Part shown: positions 23,338 to 29,657 of the stretch, piece by piece
Position numbering within the stretch: the first letter of the stretch is position 1
Layout of the letters: the number at the start of each line of letters is the position of its first letter
Virus record (IMG/VR): IMGVR_UViG_3300021976_000059
From: a virus
Lineage: Duplodnaviria > Caudoviricetes
DNA: 29,657 bases
Strand: one strand, 5' to 3'
Translations under genes and position numbers: made by a program
Notes under the pieces: generated by a model
Databases searched by the model: none
What the model was told of the DNA's origin: nothing
What the model saw: only the letters and a program-made list of their open reading frames with translations

Positions 23338-23930
23338 CCGACGCCCCGTGGCCGCTTGTAGTCGCTGAGCATCACGGCGACGTCGGGGTCGACCTTGGCG
23401 AGCAGCCGCATCTCCGAGCCCTGGTCGGGTGAGCCGGCGACACCGAACGGTGCGTTGCGGCGGGTGAAGAACCGCGACGACTGGAGCTTGGTGGCGGTCA
23501 CCACCGTGGCCGGAAAGGCCGTCCAACCCCAGGGGATCGTCACGCCGATCTCGTGACGGGCCCCGCAGGGCGTGAGCTCGGACTCCGCGGTCCACGCCAG
23601 GCGGGTCCAGGGCCGGCCCTTGGCCGGGGCGTTGACGGGCTCCTTGGTGAAGGTCGCCAGGACGTCGCCGGCGACGGTGACGACGAGACCCGTGGCGGTC
23701 TGGAAGTCGTCGACGTCGACCACCCAGTAGCCCCGCTCGAGGTCGGGGCGGGCGGTGTACAGACGCTCCTCCGCGGCGGCCACCTTGCCGAACTGCCGGT
23801 TGGTCGCGTGGTCGATCGCCCTCGACGCGGCCGTGATGGCAGCAGCCAGCTCGAGGTCGTCGACGTCGTCGTCGATGCGGAGGTAGGCGGCCAGCTCCTC
23901 GACCGTCAGGTAGTCCGGTGCCCAGGCCAC
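23334..23930 (-). CDS. Head-to-tail adaptor
   Basis: YLTVEELAAYLRI...AASRAIDHATNRQF...WGWTAFP..V..AT...RR.APFG...DPDV..ML..Y. Confidence 0.9.
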   Translation of the reverse strand: MAWAPDYLTVEELAAYLRIDDDVDDLELAAAITAASRAIDHATNRQFGKVAAAEERLYTARPDLERGYWVVDVDDFQTATGLVVTVAGDVLATFTKEPVNAPAKGRPWTRLAWTAESELTPCGARHEIGVTIPWGWTAFPATVVTATKLQSSRFFTRRNAPFGVAGSPDQGSEMRLLAKVDPDVAVMLSDYKRPRGVG

Positions 23931-23932
23931 CG

Positions 23933-24235
23933 CTACTGCTCCTGGGCGGCCTTGTAGCGGGCGACGACGTCGTCCGGGACGGTGCCCCGTGAGGGCACGT
24001 CGATGCCCTCACCGCGGGCCCAGGCGCGCACCGTCTTGGCGGACGGCTCCGGGGCCGCTGCGGGCCCGGGCTCGGGCTCGAGGTCGTAGTCAACGGCCAG
24101 CGGCCGCCACAGGTCCGGGTTGTCCCGGACGATGGGATGGTCGGCGTGCGCCGTGGTACGCCCTCGACGGACCCGGTGAGGGGTCCCGTCGAGAACGACC
24201 ATGGCGCTGTGCCGAGCGATGCGCAGGTCCGACAT
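23933..24235 (-). CDS. Head-module protein with C-terminal Lsr2-like DNA-binding domain
   Basis: VRAWARGEGIDVPSRGTVPDDVVARYKAA. N-domain ...HPIVRDNPDLW. Starts 2 nt after the capsid stop. Confidence 0.85.
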   Translation of the reverse strand: MSDLRIARHSAMVVLDGTPHRVRRGRTTAHADHPIVRDNPDLWRPLAVDYDLEPEPGPAAAPEPSAKTVRAWARGEGIDVPSRGTVPDDVVARYKAAQEQ

Positions 24236-24237
24236 GG

Positions 24238-27200
24238 TCAGGTGACCGAGTCGTAGGTGACCTGGCGGACACCGCCGATGTCGGTGTTCGCGAACGCCTT
24301 GTAGCCCCAGATGGCGAGGTCGACGTGCGCGACGGGCTTGTACTCGACGCCGGCGGCGGCGCCACCCGATCCGGGGAACTCGAGGCGCTGCGGCGCCGAC
24401 GCCCAACCCCAAACAGTCGCCGGGTCGAACAGCCACGAGTTGTTCAACGCCCCAGGCGTCGAGGGCAGTGCCCACGACGGGGTCCCGACCACGCCGGCGA
24501 GGTCGAGCTGAGTGAACCGGCGGGAGGCGCTGCCGCTGGCGTTCTGCGGGTTGATCTGCGGGACCAGCTTGCGGCCGTCGTTGTCCGAGGCCGCCACGAA
24601 CGTCAGGTACAGCACCTGCTCGACGGCGAACATCGTGAAGTCGTAGCCCCGCACGAATTGCAGCCCGGCGACGGCGGCGTCCCACGCGGCGATCAAGACC
24701 TCGTCGACCGCAGTCGCGCCCACGCCCAGGGTGATGTCGACCGCGGCGGTGAGGGTGTTGAGGAACGTGGCCGCCGCCGACTCGAGGCCTTCGTTCCAGC
24801 CTCGGACCATCTGGTTGAAGATGAGCGTGGACACGGCGGGGTTGCCGCCCATGTCCCACACCTCTCGGGTGATCGACGCCTTCCCGCTGGTCGGCGTGGG
24901 GGTGACGGTCTGCGACGTGGTGATGAACTCGCCGCCGGTGGGCTCGACGCCCTCGGTGTGGTCACCCACCAGCCCGGTCGCCGACAGGAACTTCGGGAAC
25001 ATGAACGGCTGGACACCGTTGGGGGGGCCGCCCCGGTTGATCGACTCCCAGATCGGATACCGGAAGTCGCGTTGGTCGACGTACATGTCGGGCCGGTTGA
25101 TCGTGGGGTTGAGCTCGTTGACGTCGCCGGTGGTGGTGTCGGCGAAGGTGCGCTGGTCGGCGAACACGGCGGCCAGGAACTTCATCACCCGCTTCCCGGC
25201 GTCGGTCTCCTGGCCGCTGTGGTCGCGGGCGAGGGCCATCTCGTGGAGGTCGTTGGAGAAGTCGTGGTCCGACCGGGTGAGGACCCCGGGCCGGCTGAAC
25301 CGGTAGGGCAGGGCCTCGTGGACGAACAGCACCGGGCCACGGGTGGGGTTGACCGGCTCGGGCCCCTCGGGCTCGGGCGTCGGGGCCGCCGGCGCGGGGA
25401 GACCCAGCATCGTGGCGAACTGGCCCGACTGGATCATGTCGTCGACCTGCTGGGTGGTCAGGGTGAGGCCACCGGCCGGGGCGGCCGGGGCCTGCGGGTT
25501 GCCCTGCTGGGCCAGCGCCGCGGTGAGCTGGTCCATGACACCGGGGCGGGTCAGCACCGCGGTCAACTGCTCCTGGGTGAGCGTGAGACCGGTGGGCTCG
25601 GGAGCCGCGGGCGGCTCGGTGGTGGTAGCGGTGCAGGCGACGCCCTCGGCGTGGACCTGACCGCAGGCGTTGCACGGCAGCATGGTGTTGTCTCCTGTTC
25701 GGCTCGCGGCCACGGACGTGACGCGGGCATCGTCGAAAGCGGGCATTGCGGTGAGGGCGACTTCGCGCAGGTCGGCGCGGCGCACCAACGTCACGGCCCG
25801 GTCCTTCGGGTCCGGGGCCGTGTCGGCGGCCATGTCGAAGTCGACGCCGACCGACAGGCCGTCGAGGACGCCGTCCTCGGCGAGCAGCAGCGCCTCGTCG
25901 CCGGCGTCGCCGCGGGCGATCTTGAACTTCACGCGGAGCCCAGCTGGCGAGTCGGTGAGCTTGACGGCACGCCCGATCGCCGGGCCGTGCTCGCGGGTCA
26001 GCTTCACCCGGCCGACCTCGGACCACGACAGGGCGCCCTTCGCGAACCGGAACTTCTGGCCGTACTTGGCGCCGATCTTGCCGTAGGGCAGGGCGAGGCC
26101 CTCGATCGTGCGGCCGGCGAGGTCGACAGAGAACTCGGTGACCGGGACGTCGGTGAAGGTGAGCCCGCGGTCGGTGTCGAACGTCATCGCCGCTGGTTGG
26201 GTTGCGGTCACTGTGTCGTCCTCCTCGGCGGGCGTGTCGCCCTGGCCGGCGTCGGGATCGGGGTCGGTGACGGGGTCGGGCGGCGGGGCTGGTTCCTCGA
26301 TCTCGGGCATCGGCGGCTTGCGCTCAGCCGTGCGGATCTCGTCGACCGTGATCGCCTCGAGGGCCTTCGCCGTGGCGTACGTGGCCCACCGCTCCGTGGG
26401 GTTGGGCTGCAGGTACTCGGTCGTGTTGAAGGCGACCGTGTAGCCGCGGCGGGTCACGTCGCCCATGCTCAGGCGTCCCGTGATCCCCTGCATGTAGGGG
26501 GCGAGGACCTCGTTGAGCTTGTTGCGGCGGCGGTCGACGTCGTTGGCGTAGGTGCGGCTGGTGGTGGAGATCCCGAGGTCTTCGGGGTCGATGCCCAGCG
26601 CGTTGGCGATGTCGAGGTTGACCTGCCGCTGCAGCTCGACGAGCTGCAGGTCACGGGGGGCCGGCGAGTCCACGCTGTGGTAGGTCATCGCCTTCGGCAC
26701 CCACGCTGTCGCCCGCCGCTTACGAGACCACTTCCACTTCGCCAGGATCTCCTGGATCTCGTCGTCGTCTATCTCGTCGGCACCGTCGGCGGGCGCGAAG
26801 TAGTCGGCCGGCCGGGGGTCATCCGCGTACATGACCGCGGCCTTGTCGAGCGCGATGGCTCGGCGGATCTCCCGGCCGGCGTGCTGTAGGACGGCCGGGT
26901 TCGGCGAGTCGAACCGGATGATCCGGTCGCCGCCGACCGCCTTCCCGTCGACCCACACGACGCCGCGACGCGGGTCGATCCCGGACGGGAGCGGCGCCGG
27001 CGACTTGCCGTCGCCCGGCGGCTCCAGGCTGACCGTGCCGACGTCGAGGTGCCGGGCCGACACCGGGAACCCGGCGAAGTCGCTGGACGTGACCAGCCAC
27101 CACCCGATGCCGTCGAACAGCAGGTCCTCGACCGTCTGCGCCAGCGTGACCACGTTTGGTACGTCGGGGTCGATCTGGCGCAGCAGCGCCGACTCGGCGA

Positions 27201-27408
27201 CCGTGAAGTCGGGCTGGTACTGCTCGAGGGGCATCGTCGCCACGCTGCACACGAGGTTCCGGCCACGGCGCACCGCGGGCACCGACAGGGCCTGTCGCCT
27301 GGTCACCGACGTGCCGGTGGCCGAGTACATCTCGGCGAACAGCTCGACGATGTTCCGCGGTGGGCTGTCGAACGTCGCTCTGCGCTTACGGGACCACGGC
27401 CACTTCAC
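24238..27408 (-). CDS. Fused portal - prohead protease - scaffold/major capsid protein (1056 aa)
   Basis: Portal (ALSVPAVRRGRNLVC, VEDLLFDG, IANALGI, DEIR..E), HK97-type protease (RTIEGLALPYG, EH, DGLSVG, LREVALT..PAF..ARV) and HK97-fold capsid (EG..P, ITREVWD, LAIWGY.A) with no intervening stop. SD AAGGAG before GTG 27408. Confidence 0.9.
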   Translation of the reverse strand: MKWPWSRKRRATFDSPPRNIVELFAEMYSATGTSVTRRQALSVPAVRRGRNLVCSVATMPLEQYQPDFTVAESALLRQIDPDVPNVVTLAQTVEDLLFDGIGWWLVTSSDFAGFPVSARHLDVGTVSLEPPGDGKSPAPLPSGIDPRRGVVWVDGKAVGGDRIIRFDSPNPAVLQHAGREIRRAIALDKAAVMYADDPRPADYFAPADGADEIDDDEIQEILAKWKWSRKRRATAWVPKAMTYHSVDSPAPRDLQLVELQRQVNLDIANALGIDPEDLGISTTSRTYANDVDRRRNKLNEVLAPYMQGITGRLSMGDVTRRGYTVAFNTTEYLQPNPTERWATYATAKALEAITVDEIRTAERKPPMPEIEEPAPPPDPVTDPDPDAGQGDTPAEEDDTVTATQPAAMTFDTDRGLTFTDVPVTEFSVDLAGRTIEGLALPYGKIGAKYGQKFRFAKGALSWSEVGRVKLTREHGPAIGRAVKLTDSPAGLRVKFKIARGDAGDEALLLAEDGVLDGLSVGVDFDMAADTAPDPKDRAVTLVRRADLREVALTAMPAFDDARVTSVAASRTGDNTMLPCNACGQVHAEGVACTATTTEPPAAPEPTGLTLTQEQLTAVLTRPGVMDQLTAALAQQGNPQAPAAPAGGLTLTTQQVDDMIQSGQFATMLGLPAPAAPTPEPEGPEPVNPTRGPVLFVHEALPYRFSRPGVLTRSDHDFSNDLHEMALARDHSGQETDAGKRVMKFLAAVFADQRTFADTTTGDVNELNPTINRPDMYVDQRDFRYPIWESINRGGPPNGVQPFMFPKFLSATGLVGDHTEGVEPTGGEFITTSQTVTPTPTSGKASITREVWDMGGNPAVSTLIFNQMVRGWNEGLESAAATFLNTLTAAVDITLGVGATAVDEVLIAAWDAAVAGLQFVRGYDFTMFAVEQVLYLTFVAASDNDGRKLVPQINPQNASGSASRRFTQLDLAGVVGTPSWALPSTPGALNNSWLFDPATVWGWASAPQRLEFPGSGGAAAGVEYKPVAHVDLAIWGYKAFANTDIGGVRQVTYDSVT
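25681..25696 (-). promoter_or_regulatory. Internal in-frame RBS and ATG for scaffold-capsid
   Basis: AGGAGA-N7-ATG(25683) lies exactly at the end of the protease domain. Confidence 0.7.
26209..26226 (-). promoter_or_regulatory. Internal in-frame RBS and GTG for protease-capsid
   Basis: GAGGAGG-N8-GTG(26211) lies exactly at the end of the acidic portal tail. Confidence 0.75.
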
Positions 27409-27517
27409 GCCACCGGCTCCTTGAGCGCGCGGCGGGGTGTCTGCTCTGTGGAGCTCATAGAGGAACCGCCGTTTCTGTCGACGCGGCCACACGAGGTCCC
27501 TCGTGCGGCGGCATGGC

Positions 27518-29020
27518 TCAGGTCCCGACCACCAGCCTCGGCTTGCCCACCGGGGCGGGCAGGGTGCGTGCCAGGTGCACCGCACCAGCGAGGGCGTAGG
27601 CGGCGTCGCAGTGGCCCTCGCCCTTGCGTGAGAACACCCACGCGTCGCCGCGTCTGAGGCGCTCGGCGCCGGTGACGTGGGCGTTCAGTAGAGGGTCGTC
27701 GGAGTGCACCACCAGGCCGGCGGTCACCTGCTCGTCGAGACCCATGCACACCGCCGCGACCTCGCCTCGGATCTCGTCGACGGTGCACCCGGCCGGCGGC
27801 CAGCCGGTGCGGCCCTTGCGCGCTGCGAGGTCAGCGGCCAGCGCCGCGGCGGGCCCGGACGGGAACCAGCCGAGCGCCCTCGGCTTCACGCGGGCCAGCA
27901 GCCGAGGGAGCTCCCGGCGCAGCTTGTCCGTGCAGCCGACGCCGTCCCACGCCTTCACGACCTCGCCCCGCACCCGGCCGTCATCGAGCTTCGCTGCGGC
28001 GGCCAGCGTGGCGTGCGTCTGGTCTGGGGCGACTTCCAAGCACACGGCCACTCGGCCCCGCACACCGGACAGGTCGCCATCCTCGTGGCCTCGATGCCAC
28101 GCCCCGGGGTCGATCGCCGGCGCGAGCTTCCGAACCCGAATGCACATGTTCTCCGTGCGGAACCCGGCGAGCTTGTCGCCCCCCTTGCGCACCGCGGCGG
28201 CAGCGTCGTTGAGGAGGGTCTCCGCGGCGATGCGCCTTCCGAGGTTGGGGTTCGCCTGGGCCAGGGCGTGGACATCCTCGGGGTCGGCGTCCTCCTCAGC
28301 CGACCACTCGAACAGCCCGAGCTGGGTGTCACCGACCCCCGTGGCGATGAACGCCAGGGCCTCGTCCCGGAGGTCGTTCAGCACGACCGACCCGTCGTCG
28401 CCCATGTTGGTCAGGGCCCACGCCTGGAAGGTCGCCACGGCGTTGCCGGCGTTGACCGAGGCGTCCCACGCCGAGTAGTCCCGGTGCTGGCGCAGCTCGT
28501 CGAGGATGAGCCGGTAGACGGTCAGTGACCGGCCGCCCTCGGCGTTGCTGGCAGCGATCTTGTACCGGGAGCCCTCGGTCGTCCAGCTCTCCTGCTCGCC
28601 GTTGGCCTCCCGCTTCCAGCGCCTGGGGCTGTGGGCACGTAGCCCGTCGAGGTCGGGGCTCGCCTCGGCCAGGGCCACGGCCTTGAGCCAGCTCTCCCGG
28701 GCGTAGTCGACCTTGGTGCTCGTGCCGAGGATCAGGGGGACGGCCTCGACGAACTGCCAGTACAGCGACAACACGACGGCTACGAGCGTCTTGCCGTTTT
28801 GGCGGCTGACGCAGACCAGCAGCTTCCGGAACCGGGGAAGCCCGGTGGGGAGCAGCTCGCAGCCGTGGATGACCAGCCACTGCTCCCACGGGTCGAGCGG
28901 GTGGCGCAGCACCGCGTCGGCGAACTCGATGACGTCGAACCCGTAGGACGTGGCGGGGGTCAGCTCGCGCAGTGGCGGCGTCCACAGCCGGGGTGTCGTG
29001 CTACCCAGTACCTGGGCCAC
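27518..29020 (-). CDS. terL: Terminase large subunit
   Basis: LDPWEQW, VSRQNGKT (Walker A), LILDELRQ (Walker B), QANPNLG and DAAYALAGA. Confidence 0.96.
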   Translation of the reverse strand: MAQVLGSTTPRLWTPPLRELTPATSYGFDVIEFADAVLRHPLDPWEQWLVIHGCELLPTGLPRFRKLLVCVSRQNGKTLVAVVLSLYWQFVEAVPLILGTSTKVDYARESWLKAVALAEASPDLDGLRAHSPRRWKREANGEQESWTTEGSRYKIAASNAEGGRSLTVYRLILDELRQHRDYSAWDASVNAGNAVATFQAWALTNMGDDGSVVLNDLRDEALAFIATGVGDTQLGLFEWSAEEDADPEDVHALAQANPNLGRRIAAETLLNDAAAAVRKGGDKLAGFRTENMCIRVRKLAPAIDPGAWHRGHEDGDLSGVRGRVAVCLEVAPDQTHATLAAAAKLDDGRVRGEVVKAWDGVGCTDKLRRELPRLLARVKPRALGWFPSGPAAALAADLAARKGRTGWPPAGCTVDEIRGEVAAVCMGLDEQVTAGLVVHSDDPLLNAHVTGAERLRRGDAWVFSRKGEGHCDAAYALAGAVHLARTLPAPVGKPRLVVGT

Positions 29021-29414
29021 GTCGAGCCCGCAGCTCGTCGAGCTTGCTCGGGCCGCTGACAACCTGGCCACCCTCCTTCGTGCCCCGTGCGGCCGGTGTC
29101 AGCCCCAGCGCCGTCAGGGTCGCCAGGTACTTCGGACCGAGATCCGACGCCACGGAGTGACGCCCGAGGGCGTCGGCGATCTTCCGCAGCGCCCGGTCCA
29201 CCTCGTCGTCAGGCTCATCGCAGCTGGCCACGGCGCGCGCCACCTTGAGCAGGTGCTCCTCGTACGCCGACCGCGGCGCTGACTCGTCGAGTAGCGCAGC
29301 GAGGCGCTTCGCCAGGGCGACCGTGGCGGCGTCGCGGTCGTCGACCGTCGCCGCCCGCAGCGCCTTCGCCAAGGCCCGAGCGATCGGCCCCGATCCTGCA
29401 CGATTCGTGCCCAT
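29001..29414 (-). CDS. terS: Terminase small subunit (actinophage type)
   Basis: DAATVALAKRLAALLD...LGPKYLATLTALGLTPAAR...LDELRARR. Overlaps the TerL start. Confidence 0.9.
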   Translation of the reverse strand: MGTNRAGSGPIARALAKALRAATVDDRDAATVALAKRLAALLDESAPRSAYEEHLLKVARAVASCDEPDDEVDRALRKIADALGRHSVASDLGPKYLATLTALGLTPAARGTKEGGQVVSGPSKLDELRARRGPGTG

Positions 29415-29454
29415 AGGCCACGCTCCGGGGCGATCAGGGGCGATCCGGGCTCAC

Positions 29455-29525
29455 GGGGGCGGGGTGCGGGGAGAGAGAAACTCCGGACAGCTCGGTGTCC
29501 AGGGCCCGGGCCCCATGGGGAAAAA
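29455..29525. other. Putative cos/packaging site region
   Basis: Non-coding gap between HNH and TerS with GGACA-N6-TGTCC, palindromes GGGCCCGGGCCC and CCCCATGGGG, an A5 tract and GAGAGAGA. Confidence 0.55.
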
Positions 29526-29649
29526 CGGCGGGCGTCGCGCTGATCGCATCGGCGATGTGGCGCAGTCGGTCACCACCGCGTCCTCGGCTTCGGTTGAGGG
29601 TCGGGTGCCTTGGTCGGATCGCCGGTCGACAGGTTGCACCACTCGCACG
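29524..29649. repeat. Terminal direct repeat, copy 2
   Basis: Identical to 1-126. Confidence 0.95.
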
Positions 29650-29657
29650 AAGCCGAG

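Larger units (their letters stand above)
1..29523. mobile_element. Complete circular siphovirus genome (Actinomycetota host inferred)
   Basis: Full packaging, head, tail, lysis and replication modules, terminal overlap, high GC, and Lsr2, DUF2637 and ECF-ZAS genes typical of actinobacteria. Confidence 0.9.

Noticed and set aside
23989-26889. Long plus-strand ORFs (966 aa here; also 2482-4338 and 16869-18797)
   Set aside because: Antisense shadows of real genes, expected in high-GC DNA, with no recognisable motifs.
29648-29657. Last bases diverge from the terminal repeat and could be an att junction
   Set aside because: CGAAGCCGAG is the reverse complement of CTCGGCTTCG about 60 nt upstream (29583-29592), typical of a fold-back read artefact.

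Overview
The window looks like a complete, circularly assembled ~29.5 kb, GC-rich siphovirus of an Actinomycetota host. Bases 1-126 recur at 29524-29649, giving a unit length of about 29,523 bp. The minus strand carries the late genes: HNH, putative cos, TerS, TerL, one 1056-aa ORF fusing portal, protease and major capsid (with internal in-frame Shine-Dalgarno starts), an Lsr2-domain protein, adaptor, tail terminator with a large inserted domain, major tail, a +1-frameshifting chaperone, a gp10-like protein, a very short tape measure, two tail proteins, an amidase and three membrane/holin genes. The minus strand also carries a replication initiator containing an iteron array, an Xis-like HTH, a catalytic-domain-only tyrosine recombinase, a DNA methyltransferase and small accessory genes, including an Acb2/Tad1-like protein and one carrying a copy of a tape-measure motif. 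The plus strand carries an RHH regulator, Zn-finger proteins, an ECF sigma-ZAS fusion, an HTH-DUF2637 membrane protein with an internal DNA repeat array, an XRE-TPR-like regulator and a degenerate GH25 gene. I see no full-length integrase, CI-type repressor, ParA, helicase, tRNA or CRISPR, so a plasmid-like prophage state is plausible but unproven. All family assignments come from motif recognition by eye, not database searches.
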